37,027 bases of DNA. It comes from Sphingomonadaceae bacterium. GTDB taxonomy: Bacteria > Chloroflexota > UBA6077. The stretch lies in assembly GCA_050261575.1 (NCBI GenBank), contig JBLNDL010000042.1, forward strand, positions 62,001 to 99,027, written 5' to 3'. The notes under the pieces are model-generated. The model made no database searches and was not told the DNA's origin. It worked only from the letters and a program-made list of their open reading frames with translations. The translations under genes were made by a program, and so were the position numbers. Position 1 is the first letter of the stretch, and each line of letters opens with the position of its first letter. Of this stretch, positions 16,627-24,716 are shown piece by piece.

Positions 16627-17811
16627 ATGGCTGATGGCTCTCCACTACGTATCGCGCTCTTCTGCCATTCCATCGTCTCGGACTGGAATCACGGCAATGC
16701 CCACTTCCTGAGGGGTCTGATCCGAAACCTCCAGGCATCGGGGCACCACGTCGTGGCCCTCGAGGAGGAGAACAACTGGTCGGTGTGCAATCTGGTGAAG
16801 GACCACGGCACCGAGCCGTTGCTGGAGTTCCGGCGGCGGTTTCCGTTCATCGACTGCCGAAACTACGTCCTCAACGGGCGCACCCACCTGTACGATTGGC
16901 TCACCGAGCTTCTCCGGGAGGTGGACGTCTGCCTGGTACACGAGTGGAACCCCACGGATCTGGTTCGCGCCATCGGCAAGACGGCCGCGCGGCTCGGTGT
17001 GGTCTCGCTGTTCCACGACACACACCATAGGTCGCTGACGGAGCCGCATCGGATAGCGGAGATGGGCCTCGATGCCTACACCGCGATCTTGGCCTATGGA
17101 CCCACGATCGCGGAGATCTACCGTGCCGCCACCCACGGTCCCGAGGTGCTGCTGTTCCACGAGGGAGCCGACACCGATCTCTTCCGGCCGTTGGATCGCC
17201 CAAAGAGCAGGGACGTCGTCTTCGTGGGGAACTGGGGCGACGAGGATCGCAACCATACCACGTGGCAGTTCTTCATCGAGCAGAGCATGGCGATGCCGGA
17301 GCTCACCTTCGCCCTCTTCGGCGTCCGCTACCCTCCCGAAGTGCTGGATGCCCTGCGGGTGGCCGGTGTCGAATGGGGCAACTGGCTTCCAAACTACGCC
17401 GCACCCGAGGTGTACGCCACGAGCAAGATCACCGTGCACATACCGCGCAAGGAGTACGTCGAGGCGCTCCGCGGCACTCCCACCATCCGAGTCTTCGAGG
17501 CGCTCGCGTGCGGCATCCCGCTGATCAGCGCCGGATGGCGCGACGACTCCGGCCTATTCCAGGAGGGGGCCGACTACCTTGCGGTGGACACTCCGGCCCA
17601 GATGAAGGAGGCACTGATCTGGCTCGCGCACGACGAGGAGGCACGCAGGCGGATCGGATCGCGGGGGCGCGACACGGTGCTCGCGCGCCACACCTGCCGC
17701 CATCGCGCCGACGAGCTGGTCCAGATCGTCGGGCGACTGCGGGGCGAACGTGCCCCATCTCAGGAGCCCGTGCCCGCCGCGAACACCACCTCCGGAAGCA
17801 GGATGGACTGA
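16627..17811 (+). CDS. CgeB-family glycosyltransferase (paralog 1)
   Basis: HSIVSDWNHGNAHFLRG, VHEWN, FHDTHHR, HEGAD, GNWGDEDR, TVHIPR, PTIRVFEALACGIPL. The ORF could start at GTG 16576. Confidence 0.85.
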   Translation: MADGSPLRIALFCHSIVSDWNHGNAHFLRGLIRNLQASGHHVVALEEENNWSVCNLVKDHGTEPLLEFRRRFPFIDCRNYVLNGRTHLYDWLTELLREVDVCLVHEWNPTDLVRAIGKTAARLGVVSLFHDTHHRSLTEPHRIAEMGLDAYTAILAYGPTIAEIYRAATHGPEVLLFHEGADTDLFRPLDRPKSRDVVFVGNWGDEDRNHTTWQFFIEQSMAMPELTFALFGVRYPPEVLDALRVAGVEWGNWLPNYAAPEVYATSKITVHIPRKEYVEALRGTPTIRVFEALACGIPLISAGWRDDSGLFQEGADYLAVDTPAQMKEALIWLAHDEEARRRIGSRGRDTVLARHTCRHRADELVQIVGRLRGERAPSQEPVPAANTTSGSRMD

Positions 17812-17815
17812 GGGG

Positions 17816-18889
17816 ATGAGGATCACCTTTTTCGGGTCGAGCATCACCTCTGCCTACTGGAACGGGGCGGCCACCTACTACCGCGGCATATGTCGGGCGT
17901 TGTACCGCCTCGGCCACCAGCCAGTCTTCGTGGAGCAGGACATCTACGAACGGCAGCAGCATCGCGACATGCAACAAGACCCCGAGTACGCCGAGGTCGT
18001 CGTCTGCCGGGACCTCTCGGACCTGGAAGGGGAGCTGGTTCGGGCCAGGGATTCCGACCTGGTCGTCAAGTGCAGCGGCGTCGGGCGCTACGACGAGCTA
18101 CTGGACGATGCAGTTCTGGCGGCCCGGACCCACACCAACCGCGTCGCCTATTGGGATGTCGATGCCCCTTTCACACTAGACCAGGCCAAGGCGTCTCCGG
18201 AGTGGTACTTCCGACGGCTGGTGCCCAGGTACGACGCCGTGCTCACGTACGGCGGTGGGCCCAAGGTAGTCGACGGCTACAGGTCATTGGGCGCGAAGCA
18301 TGTGGAACTCGTCTACAACGCCCTCGATCCCGACACCCACTATCCAGTGGAACCGGATCCGGAATACCGGTGCGACTTGCTCTTCGTTGGGAATCGCCTG
18401 CCCGACCGAGAGGCAAGGGTCAGCCGCTTCTTCCTGGAGGCGGCGCAGCTCTGCCCCGACCGGCGCTTTCTCCTGGGAGGCGAGGGTTGGGGGGACAAGC
18501 TCCTCCCGCCGAACGTCCGGTATCTAGGGCACGTTCCCACCGGCATGCACAACCTCCTCAACTGCAGCGCCCGCCTCGTCCTCAACGTCAACCGCCAGGC
18601 GATGGCGGACTACGGCTTCAGCCCGCCCACCCGGGTCTTCGAGGCCGCCGGTGCCGGCGCCTGCCTGGTTACCGACCGCTGGACGGGGATAGAGCACTTC
18701 CTCACCCCGGGGGCCGAGGTGCTAGTTGCCTCTGGACCGGAGGAGGTAGCCGCCCTGGTGAGCACGGTCGATACCGACCGGGCGGCGGCGATCGGCCTTG
18801 CGGCGCGAAGGCGGATCCTGGCCGACCACACCTACGACCGCCGCGCTATACAGCTCCAGGGCTTCTTCGCACGGCTCTTCGCGCAGTAG
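17816..18889 (+). CDS. CgeB-family glycosyltransferase (paralog 2)
   Basis: MRITFFGSSITSAYWNGAATYYRG, KCSGVG, WDVDAPFTL, TYGGG, YNALDP, GNRLPDRE.RV, FSPPTRVFEAAGAG. Confidence 0.88.
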   Translation: MRITFFGSSITSAYWNGAATYYRGICRALYRLGHQPVFVEQDIYERQQHRDMQQDPEYAEVVVCRDLSDLEGELVRARDSDLVVKCSGVGRYDELLDDAVLAARTHTNRVAYWDVDAPFTLDQAKASPEWYFRRLVPRYDAVLTYGGGPKVVDGYRSLGAKHVELVYNALDPDTHYPVEPDPEYRCDLLFVGNRLPDREARVSRFFLEAAQLCPDRRFLLGGEGWGDKLLPPNVRYLGHVPTGMHNLLNCSARLVLNVNRQAMADYGFSPPTRVFEAAGAGACLVTDRWTGIEHFLTPGAEVLVASGPEEVAALVSTVDTDRAAAIGLAARRRILADHTYDRRAIQLQGFFARLFAQ

Positions 18890-18954
18890 CCGGGCTGGTG
18901 CACCTCCTGCATTCGTGCCGGCACAGTACCGCATCGCAGGCAAGCGTGGCTATA

Positions 18955-18984
18955 TTGGCTGATTGCGACGCAATACTGTATAAT
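18955..18984 (+). promoter_or_regulatory. Putative promoter TTGGCT-N18-TATAAT with a palindromic operator in the spacer
   Basis: Perfect TATAAT at 18979-18984 and the inverted repeat ATTGCG-A-CGCAAT at 18962-18974. Confidence 0.55.
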
Positions 18985-19088
18985 ATCGGTAAACTGTCGG
19001 GACGGGCCTCTGCCCCCCCGCTCCAGTTCATAACCCCCATTACCTATCCAGCGGACACGGACAAAAGGTACACATAGGAGCTATTGCC

Positions 19089-20348
19089 GTGAGGGTCGTA
19101 GGGATCAGCAGTTGGGAGCCGCGTGCGTGTGGCATCGCCACTTACTTCAAGGAGCAGAGCGACGCGCTAGCCCGGCTCGGCCACCAGTTTCAGATCGTGA
19201 CGCACACTGACGAGGGCCTCCACCGAGATCAGCCTGGCGTCTTCGGGCTCATCGACGTGAGGGACCCCCACTGGTACCGTCCCGTCCACCATCTGATCGC
19301 CAACAACCTGCGGCCCGACCTGGTGCACATCCAGCACGAGTTCGGACTCTACTCGGCTCCAACGGCGAACGGAGAGGTCGACGCGGACGGGCTGTTGGCC
19401 CTACTGGGGCTGCTTCGGATGGAGGGGATCCCTGTCGTGGTGACCACGCACACCCTCTGCGGAACGATGAAGCCGCACGAGGCGGAACACTACCGGGCCA
19501 TGATCCCTCTCTCCACCATCACCGTGGCACACGCGCCCTACCAGGTGGAGCGTCTGAAGGATAATCTGGGTGCCATTCCCCGCAACGTGACGTACGTGGA
19601 GCACGGGGCCACTCCCCACACGCCCGAGGATGTCGAGGCCATGCGGCTCGAGGGCAAGCACAGATTCGGCCTCGAGGGCCAGCAAGTGGTCGGGCTCAAT
19701 GGCTGGTGGTCGGCAAACAAGAACTTCGTGCCTATCATTCGGGCGTGGGGCACCGAGATCTACCCTAGGCTTCGCAACCGGAATACCGTTCTCGCGGTGA
19801 TGGGGGCGCCTCGCGCGGGGGACGACAGCCAGTTGGCCTACAAAGAAGAGATGATGAGGGCCGTCGAGGAATCCCCGGCTCGCGAGACGATCCGGGTCGT
19901 GGAGAAGAGCTTCCCGCCGGAGGAGTTCGAGCTGTCGCTGGCGGCAATCGATCTCGCCGTGCTGCCCTACGTCTCCGCCTCCCAGTCGGGAGTCGCGGCA
20001 CACACGGGAGCGGTGGGCACGGCCATGGTGTTGCGAGACCTGGAGGGTCTCGGCGCATACGCGCGAGCGGCCGGTCAGGCCCTGATGCCGTTCACCGGCA
20101 ACGCCGCAGCCGACCTCGCGGCTGCTGCCGACACGATAGTGGCGATCATGAACGATCCGGCGCGGCTTCGCCGGATGCAGAGTGACGTCTGCGCATACAC
20201 CCGAGAGGTGATCTCCTGGGATCGAGTTGCCGAGCGGTACGACAGGATATACCGCGCGGCCGTCGCCGTCTCCCGCCAGATCCACGACCTGGAGCACTCC
20301 TACTCCCGTGCGGCGGTGCCATCGATCGACATGATCGTTGCTGCCTGA
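19089..20348 (+). CDS. Glycosyltransferase family 4 (PxxCGIATY subfamily)
   Basis: RBS TAGGAG. PRACGIATY, PDLVHIQHEFGLY, VVVTTHT, EHG, LPY..SQSG, SWDRVAERY. Confidence 0.85.
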   Translation: MRVVGISSWEPRACGIATYFKEQSDALARLGHQFQIVTHTDEGLHRDQPGVFGLIDVRDPHWYRPVHHLIANNLRPDLVHIQHEFGLYSAPTANGEVDADGLLALLGLLRMEGIPVVVTTHTLCGTMKPHEAEHYRAMIPLSTITVAHAPYQVERLKDNLGAIPRNVTYVEHGATPHTPEDVEAMRLEGKHRFGLEGQQVVGLNGWWSANKNFVPIIRAWGTEIYPRLRNRNTVLAVMGAPRAGDDSQLAYKEEMMRAVEESPARETIRVVEKSFPPEEFELSLAAIDLAVLPYVSASQSGVAAHTGAVGTAMVLRDLEGLGAYARAAGQALMPFTGNAAADLAAAADTIVAIMNDPARLRRMQSDVCAYTREVISWDRVAERYDRIYRAAVAVSRQIHDLEHSYSRAAVPSIDMIVAA

Positions 20349-20383
20349 TCGCAGCGCCTAACGGGACGGTGGGAGCCGTGACC

Positions 20384-21445
20384 CTACAGATCCCGCACTA
20401 GATCCAGGAACTGCCTGGCCCTCACAGCGAAGGTATGCTCCCGCAGTGCCCGCGCCCGAAAGCGCTCGCCGAGCTCCATCGCTGCCTCGGGAGTCGTTTC
20501 TCGCAGTAGGGCCAGCATCGACTCAGTGTCGTCGGCCACCAGGATCTCCTTCCCCACCTCGAACAGTTCTTCGAGGCCATCCCAACGATCGGAGATCACA
20601 CAGGCGCCGCAGCCGGCTGCCTCGAACAGCCTCACCGAAGGGCTGTAGCCGTAGACCACCATCGGCCCCCGCGTGATGTTCAGGGTCAAGTCGCACGAGC
20701 TGTAGAACGCGGAATGCATCCCAGGAGGCAGATGGTGGAAGTGGCTAACGTTGGGGGGAAGGGCCATGTCGGGGTACTGCGGTCCCGCCAGCACGAACCG
20801 CTGCTGCGGCAGACCGAGCGCCGGCCGGAGGAAGAGCCTCGCCATGGCTTCCTGCCGGTCCGCGGAGTACGTCCCCATGTATCCCAGGCGGCACCGGAAC
20901 GTCTCGACCGGCTCCACCCTGTAGTGGGTTTCGGGGTCGAGTGCGCAGTAGAAGGCCACTGTCCTCCTTGCCCCCCACCTCTTTTCCAGCTCCGCCAGTG
21001 CCCGTCCTCCGGTGAAGGAGAGCACCGCGTCGAACACAGCTAGCTGCTCTGATTCTAGATATGGGGTGGCCCCGGTGGCGGCGAAAGCCGCCAGCGTCAC
21101 CGGGGTATCGATGTCGTAGTACAGGCGAACGAGATCCCCATGGTTGGCCAGCCGAGTGGCTACCGTCACTCCGTCGGGGAAATAGCTACCCATCAGCACG
21201 ACGTCGCTCCGAGGGATCTCCGTAGCCAGGAGGTCTTCCAACTGGCCCGCCCCACGATACAGCAGGATGCGCGCGAAGTCGGTCCTGGGCAAGTCGCGGT
21301 TCTCCGCGTACCAGGGGACATCCTTTTCCACGAAGGTCACGTCCACTCGCTGGCGGTGCAATTCCTTCAACAGTCCACGGTAGACCGTCGCGTGCCCGTT
21401 TCCCCAGGAGCTAGTGATGCTCAATCCAAAGACCAACAGCCGCAA
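20384..21445 (-). CDS. CgeB-family glycosyltransferase (paralog 3)
   Basis: LLVFGLSITSSWGNGHATVYRG, YDIDTPVTL, LSFTGG, GYMGTYSADRQ, AGPQYP, YSPSVRLFEAAGCG. Start set at TTG 21445 behind AAAGGGAGG; the open frame extends to 21538. Confidence 0.85.
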   Translation of the reverse strand: MRLLVFGLSITSSWGNGHATVYRGLLKELHRQRVDVTFVEKDVPWYAENRDLPRTDFARILLYRGAGQLEDLLATEIPRSDVVLMGSYFPDGVTVATRLANHGDLVRLYYDIDTPVTLAAFAATGATPYLESEQLAVFDAVLSFTGGRALAELEKRWGARRTVAFYCALDPETHYRVEPVETFRCRLGYMGTYSADRQEAMARLFLRPALGLPQQRFVLAGPQYPDMALPPNVSHFHHLPPGMHSAFYSSCDLTLNITRGPMVVYGYSPSVRLFEAAGCGACVISDRWDGLEELFEVGKEILVADDTESMLALLRETTPEAAMELGERFRARALREHTFAVRARQFLDLVRDL

Positions 21446-21543
21446 AGCTGGACCTGCCTCCCTTTGCTGAGGGTGGTCGCCAATACACCCCTGATAGTGC
21501 AGAAGCGGCAACGCCCACGATCTGTTTTCATCCGTCAATCCCG

Positions 21544-21602
21544 TTGAACAAGCTCTGCCGGAGTGCTATTCTAGCGCTTCAGAGTATCGTGCAGAATAGC
21601 AC
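21544..21602. promoter_or_regulatory. Promoter region between divergent genes, with a 10-bp inverted repeat
   Basis: Plus strand TTGAAC-N17-TATTCT with TGn. GTGCTATTCT (21563-21572) is mirrored by AGAATAGCAC (21593-21602). Confidence 0.5.
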
Positions 21603-21637
21603 CAACCTCGCCGACCGAACAGCACACAAGGATCGTT

Positions 21638-23332
21638 GTGACCGACTCGTTCTACAGACCTGACGCCACCGAGCGCGTGACTGGGCGCCCCCCTGCAGAG
21701 ATCACAGCGCGTTTCTTGACGCGTCTGTTCCACGCTCTCGACGCATCGTCGTCCCCCATCGACCTCGCCCCTCAGATCGTAGCCGCCGCCTCGGAGGCGG
21801 TCGCGGGCTGGGCCGCCCTCTGGCTGGTCGACCACGCCGATGGCCATCTCCGTCTCGCAGCCGTACACCACCTCGACTCCGGCAAGGGCTTCCTCGTGGA
21901 GCAGTTGATCGGCGACCACCTGCCGATGTGCTGCGGGCAGGCGGCAGAGAGGCTCCTGGGGTTGCGACGGCCTGTGCGGCTCTATCCTTCCGTAGCCGAC
22001 CTCAAATCCGAAGAGTTGTTCGGGGCGGCGTGCCATGCCGTTCTCGCCACGCAGGTCGGGTTCTCGTGTCTGCTCCTGATCCCGCTGATCCAGGGCAACA
22101 GGAGCCTGGGCTTCCTCCTCGTTGCCCCCTCCGATCATAGTCTCCTCGCCAGCGCTGAGTGGGATGACTTCGCGGCCGAGATGGGCAGTCACGTCTCCAT
22201 CGCCATTACCCAGGTGGAACGGCTCGACGCTGCTCGCGAGGACGGGCAGCAGTTGACGCTGACCAGCCTGTACCTGCAGTCCATCCTCGATAGCATCCCC
22301 CTAGGCGTGGTGATCGCGTCGGCGCCGGAGGGGAGGATCCTTTCGGTCAGTAGAGCCTTGGTGCGACTGCTCGGCCGCTTGCCCGACCCTCAGGCGGCGG
22401 TGCGCCAGTACCCGCAACTCTACGGTCTGGTCAGACCAACCGGGGAACACTGCCGCCCCGAGGATGTGCCCTGGGTGCGCTGCGCGCAGACTGGAGAGCC
22501 TGTCCCGCCTCAGGAGATGATCGTTCGACACCCGAACGGCCTCGCCGTCACCGTGCTGTGCGGCGCATCCCCCATCCGAGACAACCTCGGCCGCACAGTC
22601 GGCTCGGTTGCGCTGCTGCAGGACATTTCCGATCGCAAAGAGTTGGAGCTGCAGAAGGATGAGTTCCTGGCAATGGTCTCACACGAGCTGAAGACGCCCC
22701 TTACCGCCGTCAAAGGCTACGTTCAGCTCTTGATGCGATTCGCGCAGGAGCAGCCGCGAGCCCGCATGGGCGAGCGCGAGATAGGGATGCTCCAGATCGC
22801 TGATCGCCAGGTGACTCGATTGAGCCAGCTCGTGTTCGATCTTCTGGACTTCTCTGTCATCCGAATGGGTCGTCTGGAGCTTCGCCGCTTCAGGATCGAC
22901 ATGGGGACGCTGGCTGGCGAAATCGTAGCTCAGATGCAGTCGACAGTCCCCGATCGGGAGCTAAGGGTCCTGGCCACCGCCGATAGTCTCGTCGACGCTG
23001 ATCCCCATCGGATCGAGCAGTTGCTGACGAACCTCATATCCAACGCGATCAAGGCGACCGACTCCAAGGGGAAGATCGAAGTGAGCGTGCGCCGCAGAGG
23101 CGGCGCAGTGGTCACATCGGTGAGCGACAACGGGGTTGGAATGACCGAGAGCGTCAGGCGGCACATCTTCGATCGCTACTACCGAGGGCCGGACCACCGG
23201 CACGAGGGGATTGGTCTCGGCCTGTATATCAGCAAGGGGATCGTCGACGCCCACGGCGGGGAAATCTGGGTAGAGAGCGAGCCCGGAAAAGGCACCGCAT
23301 TCCACTTCTCCCTACCGGCGGCTGCCGACTGA
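21638..23332 (+). CDS. Cytoplasmic sensor histidine kinase (GAF-PAS-HisKA-HATPase)
   Basis: EFLAMVSHELKTPL (H-box), QLLTNLISNAIK (N-box), SDNGVGM (G1), IFDRYYR (F), GIGLGLYI (G2). The PAS domain ends in LQDISDRK. No TM seen. Confidence 0.92.
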   Translation: MTDSFYRPDATERVTGRPPAEITARFLTRLFHALDASSSPIDLAPQIVAAASEAVAGWAALWLVDHADGHLRLAAVHHLDSGKGFLVEQLIGDHLPMCCGQAAERLLGLRRPVRLYPSVADLKSEELFGAACHAVLATQVGFSCLLLIPLIQGNRSLGFLLVAPSDHSLLASAEWDDFAAEMGSHVSIAITQVERLDAAREDGQQLTLTSLYLQSILDSIPLGVVIASAPEGRILSVSRALVRLLGRLPDPQAAVRQYPQLYGLVRPTGEHCRPEDVPWVRCAQTGEPVPPQEMIVRHPNGLAVTVLCGASPIRDNLGRTVGSVALLQDISDRKELELQKDEFLAMVSHELKTPLTAVKGYVQLLMRFAQEQPRARMGEREIGMLQIADRQVTRLSQLVFDLLDFSVIRMGRLELRRFRIDMGTLAGEIVAQMQSTVPDRELRVLATADSLVDADPHRIEQLLTNLISNAIKATDSKGKIEVSVRRRGGAVVTSVSDNGVGMTESVRRHIFDRYYRGPDHRHEGIGLGLYISKGIVDAHGGEIWVESEPGKGTAFHFSLPAAAD

Positions 23333-23499
23333 GTGCCCCGCCTGACGGTCGTCGCCTTTTGCGGGGCGGGGTACGAACCAGGTGTCTCTAGGCAGGGTAC
23401 GCGTTTCACGCTAGATGAGTTGGCGTGAACCAAGCAGGTATCTATAGCTGGAGTACGCGGTTTCCGCCAGAGAAGTTGACATGGACTGGAGATGCCTGC

Positions 23500-23898
23500 T
23501 CAGTCGTTGGGGTCGTCGTGCCTCGGGTCCCTGGCTGTCAGCAGTCCCCGCACCGTTTCGACCAGTTCCGAGGGCCGGCACCCCATCAACAAGACGGCAT
23601 CGGCACCAGCCTCCTCGGCGACTCTCCGCTGCGCAACGTCGTTGGCCAGTACCACATAGCTGCTATCGGGGAACGCTGTCTTCAGTCGACACAACACCTC
23701 GGCAGGCTGCGCCTCCACCGGATCGAGGTCGAGGACGATCACGGCCGGCCGCAGAGCGACCATCTCCGCCAGCGTGGATGGAAAGCTGTTCGTCCATACG
23801 ATGGCCTCGACTCCTGGAATCGTCTTCAGCAGACCCTGCAGGCCGTCGGCCAGCGGACCGGCCTTGACCACGAGCAGCAGCCGCGAGTTGGCGGTCAT
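23500..23898 (-). CDS. Stand-alone degenerate receiver-domain protein
   Basis: RBS GGGGG. RLLLV..PL.DGL..LL, RPAVIVLD, AGADAVL..G..PSEL..TVR follow the REC fold pattern. Confidence 0.65.
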   Translation of the reverse strand: MTANSRLLLVVKAGPLADGLQGLLKTIPGVEAIVWTNSFPSTLAEMVALRPAVIVLDLDPVEAQPAEVLCRLKTAFPDSSYVVLANDVAQRRVAEEAGADAVLLMGCRPSELVETVRGLLTARDPRHDDPND

Positions 23899-23983
23899 CG
23901 TTTTCCCCCGGTCCTGCCGAACTCGGGTTATCTCAGCACGAAAGGCTACACCTTCCCGCATCCGTATGCATCGGCAGGAAGGC

Positions 23984-24006
23984 GTATCCGCCGATGGTCA
24001 GAAAGG
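23984..24006 (-). promoter_or_regulatory. Putative regulator site, copy 1 (TCTGAC-N4-GGCGGA)
   Basis: The minus strand reads CCTTTCTGACCATCGGCGGATAC, 19/23 identical to 26445-26467. Confidence 0.45.
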
Positions 24007-24059
24007 ATCACTCCGCGAACGCGAGGGTGTACGCAATACGGCCTACGGGGGAGAAGCGG

Positions 24060-24716
24060 TCAGCTCCGGCCCGGTTCCACCAGTCCCTCACGCAGTGCAT
24101 AGAGCGCGGCCTGGGTGCGGCTGGGAAGCCGGAGCTTGTGCAGTATGTGGCTCACGTGGGCGTGGACGGTGCGTTCGCTGATGACGAGTGCCTCTGCGAT
24201 CTCTCGATTGGTGAATCCCCTGGCCAGGAAGGCCAGTATCTCGACTTCGCGAGGGGAGAGCGGCTCGCCGCCGGCAACCGGCGGGTTCTGAGGACGGGTG
24301 AATCCGCTGATCAGCTTCTTCGCGATGGCAGGCGGCAACGGTGCTTCGTCGCGCGCCACGTCCTGGATAGCCTTCAGAAGCTCTTGAGGAGGAGACTCTT
24401 TGAGCATGTAGCCCAAAGCCCCCGCCTTGATGGCGCTGATGATCTTCTCGTCCTCGGCGTAGCTGGTCAGCACGAGGATCCGGGTGTCGGGGGACTCCTG
24501 CAGGATCCCGGGAATCGCGCTGATGCCATCCGTTCCCGGCATAAGAAGGTCGAGCAGCACGACGTCGGGCCTAAGCTCACGCGCTCGACTCACTGCCTCC
24601 TGTCCGTCTGCTGCTTCGCCCACGGCCTCCATGTCGTCGTGGCAAGAGAGCAGTGCCCTCAATCCCTCTCTCACGACTGGATGATCGTCGGCAATGAGAA
24701 CCCGTATGCGTGCCAT
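24060..24716 (-). CDS. NarL/FixJ-family response regulator (REC + LuxR HTH)
   Basis: IRVLIADDHPVVREGL, PDVVLLDLLMP, VLTSY, GYMLK, LSPREVEIL..LARG.TNREIA..L.ISERTV..HVSHIL.KL. Confidence 0.95.
   Translation of the reverse strand: MARIRVLIADDHPVVREGLRALLSCHDDMEAVGEAADGQEAVSRARELRPDVVLLDLLMPGTDGISAIPGILQESPDTRILVLTSYAEDEKIISAIKAGALGYMLKESPPQELLKAIQDVARDEAPLPPAIAKKLISGFTRPQNPPVAGGEPLSPREVEILAFLARGFTNREIAEALVISERTVHAHVSHILHKLRLPSRTQAALYALREGLVEPGRS

Noticed and set aside
23333..23375. GC-rich imperfect hairpin between the convergent kinase and receiver genes
   Set aside because: The pairing is ambiguous and there is no clear U-tract after the stem, so it is too weak to call a terminator.
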